This document shows, one piece after another, positions 30,240-40,738 of a stretch of DNA of 64,000 bases (positions are counted from its first letter, which is position 1; each line of letters starts with the position of its first letter). Source of the DNA: Candidatus Scatocola faecigallinarum (GTDB taxonomy: Bacteria > Pseudomonadota > Alphaproteobacteria > RF32 > CAG-239); the NCBI GenBank assembly GCA_018713605.1, contig DVOM01000001.1, positions 67,158 through 131,157 of the forward strand. Reading direction: 5' to 3'. Below the pieces are notes generated by a model, which saw only the letters and a list, made by a program, of their open reading frames with translations, did not search any database and was not told the origin of the DNA. The position numbers were made by a program, and so were the translations under genes.

Positions 30240-30848
30240 CTATTCGTGCACCAAATAAGCGGCCAGTTTGTACAACGCTTTTCCGACATGGGAAATATTG
30301 TTTTTTTCCTCAATCGGAAACTGCGCCAATGTCAGGCCATATCCCTCCGGCATAAATATCCGTTCAAAGTCGCATCCCGCTTCCGAACACTTATCAGACG
30401 CAATGCTTCCGCGGACTTCGCCCAGAAACATCTCCGCCTCCTGTTTTTTGTCTCCGCCGGAAGGACGGGCAAAAACCAGAACACAGGTCATCAGCGCGTT
30501 GCGCTCGCCTTCCGCCGTCTGTTTCAGTGCCAGCAGAATATCATCCATGGCTTCGTCCGAAGTTCTGCCGCCGGTCAAAATATTGGCCGCAAATCCCGGA
30601 CGTCCGCCCAAAGCGTTTACGGACAGCATACAGTCGTCGCAAATGCAGCATTCTCCAGTCAGATTGGCAACTTCCAAAGCAACCAGAGCGCCTATATTTT
30701 CGGCAGCCTCTCTGATTTTGTTCAAATTCCCGATTTCCGCGTTTTCAACCGAAACAACCTCGATTCCGAATTTTTTCAACACTTCTTCAGCCTCAGCTGT
30801 TTTTTCCTGGCTGCGGCTGCACACAATAATCTTTTTTACCATAATCAA
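30240..30848 (-). CDS. rdgB: Non-canonical purine NTP pyrophosphatase, RdgB/Ham1 family (divergent)
   Basis: The C-terminus FMPEGYGLTLAQFPIEEKNNISHVGKAL matches the RdgB consensus (FxPxGYxxTxAE...K..ISHRGxAL). SVNALGGRPGFAA resembles the RdgB DALGGAPG motif. Confidence 0.7.
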   Translation of the reverse strand: MIMVKKIIVCSRSQEKTAEAEEVLKKFGIEVVSVENAEIGNLNKIREAAENIGALVALEVANLTGECCICDDCMLSVNALGGRPGFAANILTGGRTSDEAMDDILLALKQTAEGERNALMTCVLVFARPSGGDKKQEAEMFLGEVRGSIASDKCSEAGCDFERIFMPEGYGLTLAQFPIEEKNNISHVGKALYKLAAYLVHE

Positions 30849-31018
30849 TCTATCAGTTTAATTTTACCGCGAAACTTTTACCCTTTTTCTTTCCGCGCCG
30901 CAACTGTTTTTTGTCAAATTCAACATATTTTCGAAACTTTCCCTCCAATAAGCCTTGACAAAAACTTTTTCCGGAACTACAACATTACCCGTGTTTAACA
31001 TATTAATTTAAATATTTT

Positions 31019-32194
31019 ATGGAATCTAAAATTAAATTGGAAAACGGAGTCACTCTGATTACACATCTCAGCACTCCACGCGAAAAAAATGTAAACTTCT
31101 GCTTGGCAGTAGGTGTAGGACACAATCACGAGACCAAAGAAAATCTTGGTATCTCGGCGCTTTTTGAAAAGCTGCTCCTCAGTCGTACCAAAGGCATAGT
31201 CGCAGATTACGCCGGCACAATGACCTACTACTATCTGGAAGTACCCGTTGAAAAAGTGCCCGACGCCATTGCCGCTCTGGCCGAAATGGTAACCAAAACT
31301 TCTTTCTCTGACAAGGAAATCGAAGCTGCCAAAGCCGACATTATCCAACACACGAAAGATATGTTCCCGATTCCGCGCCGCCAGCTGAAACTGCTCTACA
31401 AACACACCGCTTACGGTGTTGCAGACATCAACTGGGACATGGAAGGCTACATAAACTCGGTATCCCGTTTCACCAACGAAGACCTGCAGGCTTTTGCCAG
31501 ACAGTTCTACGTAACGCACAACATGGCGCTTCTGGTTGGCGGAAACATCAACGCGGACGAAATCGCCGCCCGTGTTGAAAAAGCCTTTGTCGACCTGCCG
31601 AAAGGCAAGAAAAACAAAGTGCAGAAAGATATCTATACCGGCGGTTTTGCAACGATTCCCGCACAGCAGCAGTCGTTGTTCTACTTCGGTTTTGACATCT
31701 CCGGCATCCGCAACGCCGATCTTGCCGTACTTATCAAACTGTTGAACGGCCGTCTGGAACGCTCTTTCATCGGTACCGACGTTTTAAGCGATGTCCGCAT
31801 TGCCGGCTACTATGGCCGCCGCACACTGCAGATATCAATTAAGACTCAGCAGAAAAACATTGGCGAAATTCTCGACACCGTCTGCCGAAACATCATTCGC
31901 ATCAAAACCGAAAAGGCCAGCCCGCGCCGCATGGAACGCTCGCGCAATCTGGCAATGACCGGTTACATGGAAATGTTCGGTTCCGAAATTGCCCGCAGCC
32001 GCGAGGTCAGCTGGCAGATTTTCTCGCAAGGCGAAATGTTCGACATTCAGGAACTGATGTTCGCAATTCCTGAAGTTTCCGCCCGCAACATCCGCGAAGC
32101 TGCAGAAAAAATCTTCAGCACGCCGATGACTTTGGTTTGCAGCAGCGACCAGCCGGTTGACTATCAGGCTCTTTGCGCTCAAATCAGACAGTAA
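31019..32194 (+). CDS. M16-family peptidase-like protein lacking the HxxEH zinc motif (probable pseudo-peptidase)
   Basis: 391 aa. The M16 N-domain architecture is present, but the motif position reads GISALFEKLLL. Confidence 0.65.
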   Translation: MESKIKLENGVTLITHLSTPREKNVNFCLAVGVGHNHETKENLGISALFEKLLLSRTKGIVADYAGTMTYYYLEVPVEKVPDAIAALAEMVTKTSFSDKEIEAAKADIIQHTKDMFPIPRRQLKLLYKHTAYGVADINWDMEGYINSVSRFTNEDLQAFARQFYVTHNMALLVGGNINADEIAARVEKAFVDLPKGKKNKVQKDIYTGGFATIPAQQQSLFYFGFDISGIRNADLAVLIKLLNGRLERSFIGTDVLSDVRIAGYYGRRTLQISIKTQQKNIGEILDTVCRNIIRIKTEKASPRRMERSRNLAMTGYMEMFGSEIARSREVSWQIFSQGEMFDIQELMFAIPEVSARNIREAAEKIFSTPMTLVCSSDQPVDYQALCAQIRQ

Positions 32195-32213
32195 AAAATT
32201 ATTAACCCTAAAC

Positions 32214-32246
32214 AAAGCCCTCATTTATGAGGGCTTTGCCTTTTTA
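32214..32246. terminator. Bidirectional terminator (10-bp stem)
   Basis: aaagccctca-ttta-tgagggcttt followed by gcctttttaaa. Lies between the convergent M16-like and rhodanese genes. Confidence 0.7.
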
Positions 32247-32249
32247 AAT

Positions 32250-32561
32250 TCAATGGCGGACAATGCGCAGCCCTTCCCGTTCGGCTTCGACCAAACCGCC
32301 GTCGACAACCGCCACGTTGAAAAAGCCGTTTTTCTCAAACAGCTCGGCCGCCCGCTGCGAACGTGATCCGGAATGGCAAATGATATTCAGCGTTTTGCTG
32401 CCGTCCAGATTATGTTCATAAACAAAGTCTCTGGGATTAAGTTTGCTCAGCTCTTCGTTAAAAAAAGGCAGCGACAACGCCTCTTCCCTGATTTCATCCG
32501 GCGTCCGCACGTCCAGAATCAGCGACTGCTCGGTCAGCCGCTCCGGTTTTACATATTTCAT
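32250..32561 (-). CDS. Single-domain rhodanese sulfurtransferase
   Basis: 103 aa. Active-site loop CHSGSRS. Confidence 0.8.
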   Translation of the reverse strand: MKYVKPERLTEQSLILDVRTPDEIREEALSLPFFNEELSKLNPRDFVYEHNLDGSKTLNIICHSGSRSQRAAELFEKNGFFNVAVVDGGLVEAEREGLRIVRH

Positions 32562-32704
32562 AGTTCCTCCTTGTCTGCAAGAATAACACCGTCAATATAT
32601 AAAACTTTGCGATACGGCTTTTAAGCTCGACTTTCTTTTTAAATTGCAAAAAAACAAAATCTGTGTTATCCGAAAAATGAACTTGAACTATCGGAGACTG
32701 CAAA

Positions 32705-32899
32705 ATGAAAAAACTTATTGCCGCCGCGCTGCTTGCGCTCGGGCTCTCGGCCTGCACCAACGCCGGACCTTTCGTCACTTCGATTTCGTCCGACGGCAAC
32801 AACGGCCTCATTGTCGAAAAATGCCAGCTGCACATGAACGCCTTTATGGGAACGGTTTCCAACGAAAACTGCACCAATACGCAGATCAGACTGCACTGA
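32705..32899 (+). CDS. Small lipoprotein of unknown function
   Basis: MKKLIAAALLALGLSAC lipobox. Followed by a terminator. Confidence 0.5.
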   Translation: MKKLIAAALLALGLSACTNAGPFVTSISSDGNNGLIVEKCQLHMNAFMGTVSNENCTNTQIRLH

Positions 32900-32902
32900 A
32901 AT

Positions 32903-32933
32903 AAAAAAAGGCCGTAACAACGGCCTTTTTTTA
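32903..32933. terminator. Bidirectional rho-independent terminator
   Basis: aaaaaaa-ggccgt-aaca-acggcc-ttttttt. Confidence 0.8.
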
Positions 32934-34715
32934 TTTCAACTGCGTCCGATACAAAGAAGCGTAAATGCTCCCTTCTTTTGCCATCAGCTCGTCATGGCTG
33001 CCGGTTTCGACGATCTCACCGTAATTTACCACCACGATTTTGTCCGCGTTGCGAACCGTCGACAGCCTGTGCGCAATAATAAACACCGTGCGGTCTTTCA
33101 TCAAATTGTCAATCGCTTCCTGAACCACGGCTTCCGATTTGTTGTCCAGAGCCGACGTCGCCTCGTCCAGCACGACAATCGGCGCATTTTTGATAAACGC
33201 CCGCGCTATTGCAATCCGCTGTTTCTGTCCGCCGGAAAGCAATACGCCGCGCTCGCCGATCTGTGTGTCCAACCCCTGATCAAGCGAACGGATAAACTCT
33301 TCCAGACAGGCGCTTTTTACTGCTGCGTCAATCTGCGCCTGCGTTGCCGTCTCGTCGCCGAGCAGAATGTTTTCACGGATAGAACCGTCAAACAGAAAAT
33401 TATCCTGAAAAACGACGGCAATTCTGTCCCGCAGCGAGTTAAGTTCCAAATCGCGGACATCGACGCCGTCAATTGTCAGCGAGCCGGAAGTAATGTCGTA
33501 AAAACGCGGAAGAAGGTTGACCAGCGTCGTTTTGCCGCCGCCCGAGTTGCCCACCAGCGCAATCGTCTGTCCGACTTCAACCGCCAGATTGACATGTTTC
33601 AAAACCGGTTTTCCCTTCACATACTCGAAACAGACGTCTTTATATTCTATGCCCTTTTTAATTTTATCCAGTTTTTTCGCGTTCGGTTTGCTCACAATCC
33701 GCGGCGAACTCTCCAGCAGCCCGAACACGCGCTCCATTGCCATCAACGCCATCTGCACGTTGTTATAATTGTTGCCGATGGACTTAATCGGATTGTACAG
33801 CATAACCAGCGCCGTAATGAACGATACGAAATTGCCCGCCGAAATCTGGTGCGTCACAATCAGATAACTGCCCAGCCAGATAACGCAGGCAATACCCAGC
33901 GAAACGATAAAGTGCATCAGCGGCGACATCATTCCCGTCCGCTGAATCATCTTAATCCCGAGCTTGAACACGGAACGCAGCGTCTCGCGAAAACGCTGCC
34001 CCTGATATTGATACAGGTTATATGAGGTAATAATGCGGTTGCCGCTGAAAGTTTCATTGTAATATTTCATTACCGCGGCACCCGAAAAAATCGTCTTGTC
34101 CATAACCGACTTAATTTTGCGACGCACCGTCGTCAGCGGGTACAGCGCGCCGAACAGCACGATAACCGCCACAATCGCCAGCTGCCATGAATTGTAAAAC
34201 AACACGGCAATCAGCGACAAAGACGAAAAGACGCGGGTCGTAAACAGTTTGAGATTGGATAACAGCCCGTTGCAGGCCAAATCGACGTCATTGTTAAACC
34301 GGAACAGCACGTCGCCCGAGTTCGTCTTGTCAAAATACGCGGCGTCATAAGTCATCAGCTTGTCAAACAGGTCAGTCTTCACATCATTGGCTATTTTACG
34401 CCCGACCCAGGTATTCATATAAGTCGCCGCATAGTTGAGCAGGCTCTGCAACAGGCTGAAAAGAATAATCAAAATCGGAATATACGCCGTCGACGCCGTG
34501 CTTTTTTCCACCATTACCACGTCCATATACGGTTTCAGCGACCAGGCGATTACCGCGTCCATTGAACCGATGGGAATGGTAATCAGCACGGCCAGCAGCG
34601 CCCTTATCCAGTAAGGGCGCACATACGGCAGAATCTTCCGGTAGTTCTGCACGGCATAAAGAGAATTGATTTTATCGCTGAGTTTCTTGAAAATGTTCAT
34701 CTTATCTTTCTTCAA
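32931..34715 (-). CDS. ABC transporter, fused permease/ATPase of the MsbA-like exporter family
   Basis: 594 aa. Six transmembrane segments. Walker A GNSGGGKTT, LSGGQKQR signature and Walker B VVLDEATSALD. Confidence 0.9.
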   Translation of the reverse strand: MKKDKMNIFKKLSDKINSLYAVQNYRKILPYVRPYWIRALLAVLITIPIGSMDAVIAWSLKPYMDVVMVEKSTASTAYIPILIILFSLLQSLLNYAATYMNTWVGRKIANDVKTDLFDKLMTYDAAYFDKTNSGDVLFRFNNDVDLACNGLLSNLKLFTTRVFSSLSLIAVLFYNSWQLAIVAVIVLFGALYPLTTVRRKIKSVMDKTIFSGAAVMKYYNETFSGNRIITSYNLYQYQGQRFRETLRSVFKLGIKMIQRTGMMSPLMHFIVSLGIACVIWLGSYLIVTHQISAGNFVSFITALVMLYNPIKSIGNNYNNVQMALMAMERVFGLLESSPRIVSKPNAKKLDKIKKGIEYKDVCFEYVKGKPVLKHVNLAVEVGQTIALVGNSGGGKTTLVNLLPRFYDITSGSLTIDGVDVRDLELNSLRDRIAVVFQDNFLFDGSIRENILLGDETATQAQIDAAVKSACLEEFIRSLDQGLDTQIGERGVLLSGGQKQRIAIARAFIKNAPIVVLDEATSALDNKSEAVVQEAIDNLMKDRTVFIIAHRLSTVRNADKIVVVNYGEIVETGSHDELMAKEGSIYASLYRTQLK

Positions 34716-34723
34716 ACGGCTGA

Positions 34724-35395
34724 CTATTCGAAATTATATTTGTATTTTTCATAATCGGCAAGGAGTTCTTCCGCATTAATGTCTTTTTTAATCCGAAAAA
34801 CGCACAAACTGTCCGCCCTCTCAACCTTGTCCAGATATTTCACGATCGGATGATATTTCCCGCGGAACCGGAAGTCATGGACGGCGATGAGCGGATTGTT
34901 CCCGCGCTGATGAATAATCGAAGCCAACACGCAGGCAACCCGGAAACGCCCGTCGGCCAGTATCAGGTCAAATTTTTGCGCCGTCTGCCTGAAAACCGCC
35001 TGCGAATAATCCGGAAACTTTTCACGCGCGCTTTCGTTGACCGGATATCCGCATTCTCCGAGCGGACCGATATCGGCCTGACAGATTTTAAGGCGGCCGC
35101 AGGCTTCGGCTTTGGCTATCACGTTTTTCCGGCGCAAGAACTCAAGCCAGCGGCTGTTGGCCTCCACGCTGCATACTTTTCCGCCCGAATTGCGCAAATA
35201 AAAAATCGTGCTGCCGCCCATGCCGAACTCCAGATAATTCCGGCTTTTCAGCACATATTTTTCAAAACATTTGCGCTCACGCCCGGTCATGATAAAATCA
35301 TAATCGGGAGCCGACTTGTTGCGAATGCTGATTTTAAGCCCAAGTACGACAAAAACCGTATGTTTTATCCGCTTGATTCTGTAAAACGGCCTCAC
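34724..35395 (-). CDS. Putative class I SAM-dependent methyltransferase-like protein (TylF/O-methyltransferase-like)
   Basis: 223 aa. LEFGMGGSTIF glycine-rich motif and downstream acidic residues. Weak assignment. Confidence 0.4.
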   Translation of the reverse strand: MRPFYRIKRIKHTVFVVLGLKISIRNKSAPDYDFIMTGRERKCFEKYVLKSRNYLEFGMGGSTIFYLRNSGGKVCSVEANSRWLEFLRRKNVIAKAEACGRLKICQADIGPLGECGYPVNESAREKFPDYSQAVFRQTAQKFDLILADGRFRVACVLASIIHQRGNNPLIAVHDFRFRGKYHPIVKYLDKVERADSLCVFRIKKDINAEELLADYEKYKYNFE

Positions 35396-36393
35396 TTTTT
35401 ATACTCCTCAATCTCTTCAAGAGTCAAATAAGACTTGGTTTCCTTCATGATTTTGTAACGTTGGCAGTTCACACAGGGGTTGTCCGTTTCCGGCCCGAAG
35501 TTAAGCAGCATTTTCTGCGCCTCTCTGAACCGGCGCGAATCGAGCGCTTTTTCCAGTCCGCATTCAAAAACATTAACTCCGAAATCGTCCTTATACATAT
35601 TGCAGCAGCCGAGCAGACGTCCGTCCCAGTTTATGGCCGGCGCTTTCCACAAAGCCATGCACATGCTCCGGCTGTATGACTTTCCTTCATGCTCCAGATA
35701 TTCGGCGCGCGACACATATTTAAGCCCAGTTTCCCTTTTAACAAATTCGACGTCTTCAACCGGCGAAAAATTTCCGTCATAGTTCAGCTTAAAAAACACA
35801 TTTGAAAAACCAAGCTCCGGCGCCATTTTCTTTACCAGAGGAATCTCCCTTTCATTATGCCCGAAAATAATAAACTGCCACGAAAGTTTCGGATACGGAC
35901 TGTTGTATTTTCGCTTGAGTTCATTCAGCTTCCTTACGTTTTCAAAAACCCTGTCCAGACAACCGCCGACCCGGTATTTTTCATAGGCGGCCTGCGTAGC
36001 GGCGTCAATCGACAGCGTCAGTCCCTTGAACCGAAAACGAACCAGAGCATCCAGCGCCTCATCGGAAACATTGTTAAAATTTGCGCCGCTCCAGGCCGTC
36101 AGCGCCACACGTTTATGAAAGGCATACTCCATGATTGCAGGCAAATCCTTATTCAGAAAAATTTCCCCGCTGTTGGAAATCTCAATCTCCTTAACATACG
36201 GATGCCGATCCACAAAGCGCATAAAATCGGCAAACCTGAGATACCCGATGCCAACCGTATTAACATCATTACGCATATAACAGCATTTGCACTTCAGCTG
36301 ACAGAGCGTACAACTCTCCAAACGGACTTTGGACGGCAGATAAACGGCATCCGCATATTTTCCGTACAAATCGCCCGTTCCGCCTGAATTCAT
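35392..36393 (-). CDS. Radical SAM protein, possibly with a SPASM-like C-terminal Cys cluster
   Basis: CQLKCKCC gives CxxxCxxC at the N-terminus. NPCVNCQRY lies near the C-terminus. Confidence 0.8.
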   Translation of the reverse strand: MNSGGTGDLYGKYADAVYLPSKVRLESCTLCQLKCKCCYMRNDVNTVGIGYLRFADFMRFVDRHPYVKEIEISNSGEIFLNKDLPAIMEYAFHKRVALTAWSGANFNNVSDEALDALVRFRFKGLTLSIDAATQAAYEKYRVGGCLDRVFENVRKLNELKRKYNSPYPKLSWQFIIFGHNEREIPLVKKMAPELGFSNVFFKLNYDGNFSPVEDVEFVKRETGLKYVSRAEYLEHEGKSYSRSMCMALWKAPAINWDGRLLGCCNMYKDDFGVNVFECGLEKALDSRRFREAQKMLLNFGPETDNPCVNCQRYKIMKETKSYLTLEEIEEYKK

Positions 36394-36400
36394 AGCTTTC

Positions 36401-37549
36401 CTACCGTTTCAGCGTCAGCAAAGGCAAAAGATTAAACAGTTTAATCCAGGTTTTGTCTTTCTTGGAGCGCAGCGTAAGAAACGGAATAATTCCGAACAAA
36501 CTGATTTTCCTGATTTCCGTAATTTTGTACAACTCGGGAAAAAGCCCGCGATGTTCACGATACGTCCGGCATCCGGCCGCCGTTATCATGTACTTTATTT
36601 CGTCCTGAGTAAAGTTTTTGTATTCCAGACCGTCGCCGAGTATAACCCCATACAGTTTGACCATTTCGGCAAACATTTCCTCCTTGTACTCGTCGGCAAT
36701 CTTGTCAAAAAACGAACGCGAAGCAACATAAGCCTGTTTGCTCCAGGCTTCCCTGACCCCCTGCCCGTATGCCTTGTTGGCAATCAGAATATCACGGGCG
36801 CACAAAGCCTGATGAATGATTTTAATCAACTTGCGGCTTCTGACCTGCGACGACGAATTGGTGTTGTCGGTGTCGTTGCGGTAATAAACGAAAGGCTCAG
36901 GCAGCATGGTAATGCTCTCTGCTGCCGAATAGACGTCGGCACAGAACGGCCAGTCCTGATAGCAGGCTTCCGCCGATTCCTGAAAACGGATATGGTGCTT
37001 TTCCAAAAAATCCCGCCGATACAGCGCCGACCACAGGGAAGAATGATCCATGAACAAATTCGGCTTTTCTTCAAGCGTAAACACTTCGCCGCGTTTGGCC
37101 AGCTCCGTCCAGGGCTTGAACAAAAACATCTCGCCCTTCGCCGAATTTGTTACCCAGTAAAAATTGCCCTTGGTAATTTCGGCACCGGTTTTCTCCGCCT
37201 GCGCAAAGAGTTTCTCATACATGTCCGGCGCAATCCAGTCGTCAGATTCAATAATCCCGATATATTTTCCCCGTGCCCGGGCGATTCCGGCGTTTACTGC
37301 TTTTCCGTAGCCGCCGTTTGGCTGATGAATTGCCACGACGCGCGCGTCCTGCGCCGCATATTCGTCAACCATCTGCGGACAACGGTCCCGGGAACCGTCG
37401 TCTACCAAAATGACTTCCATGTTTTTGAAAGTCTGATTCAGAATGCTGTCCACGCACTGCTTCAGATACTTTTCCACCCCGTAAATCGGAACCACAACCG
37501 AAATATCAGGCTGCATTATTTTTCTCCTTTTTGGCAAAAACCTCGTCAA
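36401..37549 (-). CDS. Glycosyltransferase family 2
   Basis: ISVVVPIYGVEKYL...ILVDDGS (DxD), a typical GT-A N-domain. Confidence 0.85.
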   Translation of the reverse strand: MTRFLPKRRKIMQPDISVVVPIYGVEKYLKQCVDSILNQTFKNMEVILVDDGSRDRCPQMVDEYAAQDARVVAIHQPNGGYGKAVNAGIARARGKYIGIIESDDWIAPDMYEKLFAQAEKTGAEITKGNFYWVTNSAKGEMFLFKPWTELAKRGEVFTLEEKPNLFMDHSSLWSALYRRDFLEKHHIRFQESAEACYQDWPFCADVYSAAESITMLPEPFVYYRNDTDNTNSSSQVRSRKLIKIIHQALCARDILIANKAYGQGVREAWSKQAYVASRSFFDKIADEYKEEMFAEMVKLYGVILGDGLEYKNFTQDEIKYMITAAGCRTYREHRGLFPELYKITEIRKISLFGIIPFLTLRSKKDKTWIKLFNLLPLLTLKR

Positions 37550-38648
37550 ACAAAGCCAGAGCGCGGTTTACTGCCTTGTCCATGTCATAATACTTATAAT
37601 CGCCCAGCCGTCCCAGAAAATAAACGTTTTTGAGCTCTTTCGCCTTTTCCAGATAACGGTTGTACAAATTCTGGTTCTCGTCGCGGACAATCGGATAATA
37701 ACGGTCGTTTCTGCCGCGTTCAAAAGCCTCCGGATACTCAAACGAAACCACCGTATTTTCCGACTTGTCGTTCAAAAAGTACTTATATTCGCCGATACGC
37801 GTAAAATCGTGGTTTTCCGGATAGTTAATGACCGAATTGGACTGAAAATGCTCCCGCTCGTATTCGACAAAGTCAAAACGCAGGCTGCGGTAAGGCAGTT
37901 CGCCGAGCTCATAACCGAAATATTCGTCAATCGGCCCGCTGTAAAACACCCTCTCAAAGCTTTCCTTGTTCTCAAGCGAAGCATAATCCGTGTTCAACAA
38001 AACCTTAATCTTCGGATGGTCGAGCATTTCGGCAATCAGCGCCGAATAACCTTTCATCGGAATTCCCTGATACTTGTCCTGAAAATAGCGGTTGTCCTTG
38101 CTGACGTAAACCGGAACCCTGCCGGTAACCGCCGGATCCAGATCTTCGGGTTTCATTCCCCATTGCTTAAGCGTATAGCCGAGAAAAACCTTCTGATAAA
38201 CATATTCGGCCAGAAATTCAAGATCTTTGTCATTGGCCTTGCGCAGTTCCAAAATCGGCACCTTGACGTTAAAACCGAACTTTTCGATAAGCTTGTCCTC
38301 AAGCTTGTCGGCAATCGACTTCGGAAAAACCTTGCGGATGGAGTTCAGGTTAAACGGAATCGGTACTTCCTGCCCGTCGATTTTTCCTTTGACTTCGTGC
38401 ATATACGGATGCCATCTGGTAAAACGGCTCAGATATTTCCACACATGCTCCAGATTGGTGTGGAAAATATGCGTACCGTATTTATGGATACAGATGTTGT
38501 TCTTGTCATAATAGTCGTAAGAATTGCCGCCGATATGGTTTTTGGCGTCAATAACCAGAACTTCCTCGCCGAAATCCTCGGCAATTTTCCGAGCCATCGT
38601 CGCTCCGGAAAAACCGCAGCCGACAATCAGATTTTTTATGTTATGCAT
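37506..38648 (-). CDS. glf: UDP-galactopyranose mutase, copy 1
   Basis: 380 aa. FAD-binding LIVGCGFSGATMA. IHKYGTHIFHT and YYPI motifs. Confidence 0.9.
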   Translation of the reverse strand: MHNIKNLIVGCGFSGATMARKIAEDFGEEVLVIDAKNHIGGNSYDYYDKNNICIHKYGTHIFHTNLEHVWKYLSRFTRWHPYMHEVKGKIDGQEVPIPFNLNSIRKVFPKSIADKLEDKLIEKFGFNVKVPILELRKANDKDLEFLAEYVYQKVFLGYTLKQWGMKPEDLDPAVTGRVPVYVSKDNRYFQDKYQGIPMKGYSALIAEMLDHPKIKVLLNTDYASLENKESFERVFYSGPIDEYFGYELGELPYRSLRFDFVEYEREHFQSNSVINYPENHDFTRIGEYKYFLNDKSENTVVSFEYPEAFERGRNDRYYPIVRDENQNLYNRYLEKAKELKNVYFLGRLGDYKYYDMDKAVNRALALFDEVFAKKEKNNAA

Positions 38649-39489
38649 CCTGAACCTTCCATTTTTTCTTACCCAGACCCAAAGCCGTCAAAATTTTGCG
38701 CTTCAGCATCTTGTTTTTATACTTTCGCCATTCCTTTTCGTCCTCTTCCCAGAACAAAAGCGGCAGCTCCTTGATTTTAATGTTTTCCGTCTTCCGCAGA
38801 AATTCAATGTAAACGTTCATCAGACGCTCGGCGACAAAGCCGTAGACCCGCTTCTGATAATCGCTGCGTCTGACGACATCGTCCTGAATACGGCGTTCCA
38901 GTTCGCCCAAGACATCAAAAAGCCAAGCGCTGTAACGGTCAAAAAACGTTTTTGACGTTACCAGAATATTCATAAAATATCCCTCATTGGATTTTCTTAA
39001 AACCTCTTCCGCCGTTTCCGCCATGGCCGGGTATTTTTCTCCGATAATCTCAACCGCAGCGTCCAAATCGGCCGCAATGTGCTCATTGTTGTAATTCTCA
39101 TACAGAGAAACGCCTTTCGGACATTTCCTCGGCAGGATAACGTCATAGTTTCGACACAGAGCCAAAACGCCGGCTTCGGTCAGGCCGAACTTTTCGGCAA
39201 AATTGTCACCGAAAGTATGAAAAACCTTTTCCTTGGTTTTAAAATTCAGAAAACGACGATAATGAAACAGCCCCACATAGTTGGAACGGCAGTTTTTCCA
39301 AATCCAGTATTGGGCCGTCAGCTCGCAGTAAAAACGGTTTTTGCCCGAAATGTTCTCGCCTTCGCTGTCGCCTATCATATCAAGCTTTTCCGTACCGAGC
39401 GCACTGCCGACCTGAATGGGAACCAGAACGCTGCTCTTCTTTATCGGAGCAGGTCTGTGGCAGCAAACAAATATACTCACATCATTCAT
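38641..39489 (-). CDS. DUF4422-like protein, putative galactofuranosyltransferase, copy 1
   Basis: 282 aa. FVCCHRP...CELTAQYWIWKN motif. Linked to glf. Paralog of 54456..55493. Confidence 0.55.
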   Translation of the reverse strand: MNDVSIFVCCHRPAPIKKSSVLVPIQVGSALGTEKLDMIGDSEGENISGKNRFYCELTAQYWIWKNCRSNYVGLFHYRRFLNFKTKEKVFHTFGDNFAEKFGLTEAGVLALCRNYDVILPRKCPKGVSLYENYNNEHIAADLDAAVEIIGEKYPAMAETAEEVLRKSNEGYFMNILVTSKTFFDRYSAWLFDVLGELERRIQDDVVRRSDYQKRVYGFVAERLMNVYIEFLRKTENIKIKELPLLFWEEDEKEWRKYKNKMLKRKILTALGLGKKKWKVQDA

Positions 39490-39712
39490 CTGTTTTCCTT
39501 ATCTCGGACACAACCTTGGATTGCCGACCAAAACACTAAAGACAAAAAAATTCCGGCCTAAGTAAATTTCTACTATAATAAATAATTTTTGCAAGGAGTT
39601 TCTTTCAAACGGAGGAAAACTCCGTCAAAAACTCGTTCAGCTTCCGGCTGCGGAAAATCCGCTTCAGGCCGGAGAAGTCCCGCCCGGTGCATATAACGTA
39701 AAAGTAGAAAGG

Positions 39713-40738
39713 CTAAAGCCTGAAAAATTTTCCGCCAAAAAGCAGAACCACACCGGCACAAAAGACCCAAACCGAAAAGAAATTGATGTCTTCGTCAACC
39801 AGGGCGCTGCTCATAAACGCCTCCCAATGTTCCATATCGTCCCCCGCGTCCACATAAACCGGCCTGATTTTGACAATGCCGTCCCTGTCTGCCTTAAACA
39901 TAACGTAACCGAATTTTTTAATCTCCGAACGGATGGGCTGCCCGGAAGACGGCAGCGTTATCAGCGGCACGCCGGCAAACTCGCTTTCCGAATAATAGTG
40001 CACATGTCCCGAAATCAACAGGTTGACGCCCCGGTTTCGGATAACCTCGGCAAACCTGTCGCGGGATTCGTCAAACAGACGATGGTCATTCGGAACCTTG
40101 ACGTTGACGGGCGGCACATGTGAAAAAATCACGCAGTACTTGAATTGCGGCCGAATTTTTGCCAGCGTCTTGTCCAGCCACTGCAATTGTTCGTCATCAT
40201 AAGCAGAGGTCGACGAATCAAGCCCGACAAACAGCACCTCGCCATAACTGAACCAGTAATATCCCGGTCCGAAAACCTCATTATAAAGAGAGCGGTCGAC
40301 CACCCCGTTGACTGATAAGATTTCATGATTGCCGGGCACGGCATATAACGGCGTTTTTCCGAGCTTTTCGTCAATCTCTTCGGCCATCCATTGAAAATGG
40401 CTCGGATTCCGGTAACGCACCAAATCGCCGACATAAAGCACAAACCTGGCCTTGCTTTTGCGGATTTCGTTCATAATTCTTTCGACCGGCTCATTGCGCG
40501 CGCCGGTATCGCTCACGGCGGCAAAATAAAAATGTCCGGCATCGGGAGCAAACATCTTCCCGGCCGGAGCCATAAAACTTTTATGCCGCGCATCGTTGAA
40601 AGATTCCACGACAAAACTGCGCATCGACACCACGACCAAAGCGCCGAAAATCAGAACGATTCCAAGAATATTCAACCGTCTGGCCCAAACCGAGCGCCGG
40701 CGTTTTCCGCCGCCTGTGCTGTTTTGCGAACTATTCAT
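39713..40738 (-). CDS. Membrane-anchored metallophosphoesterase (calcineurin-like)
   Basis: GDLV...GNHE metallophosphatase motifs. Start taken at MNSS, which gives an 8-nt overlap with the upstream GNAT gene. Confidence 0.7.
   Translation of the reverse strand: MNSSQNSTGGGKRRRSVWARRLNILGIVLIFGALVVVSMRSFVVESFNDARHKSFMAPAGKMFAPDAGHFYFAAVSDTGARNEPVERIMNEIRKSKARFVLYVGDLVRYRNPSHFQWMAEEIDEKLGKTPLYAVPGNHEILSVNGVVDRSLYNEVFGPGYYWFSYGEVLFVGLDSSTSAYDDEQLQWLDKTLAKIRPQFKYCVIFSHVPPVNVKVPNDHRLFDESRDRFAEVIRNRGVNLLISGHVHYYSESEFAGVPLITLPSSGQPIRSEIKKFGYVMFKADRDGIVKIRPVYVDAGDDMEHWEAFMSSALVDEDINFFSVWVFCAGVVLLFGGKFFRL

Noticed and set aside
32994-34025. 343-aa + strand ORF
   Set aside because: Antisense to the ABC exporter gene.
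36551-38774. 360-aa and 321-aa + strand ORFs
   Set aside because: Antisense to the GT2 and glf genes.
39573-39770. 65-aa minus-strand ORF in the DUF4422/phosphoesterase intergenic region
   Set aside because: It overlaps a nested hairpin terminator and has no SD. Likely non-coding.
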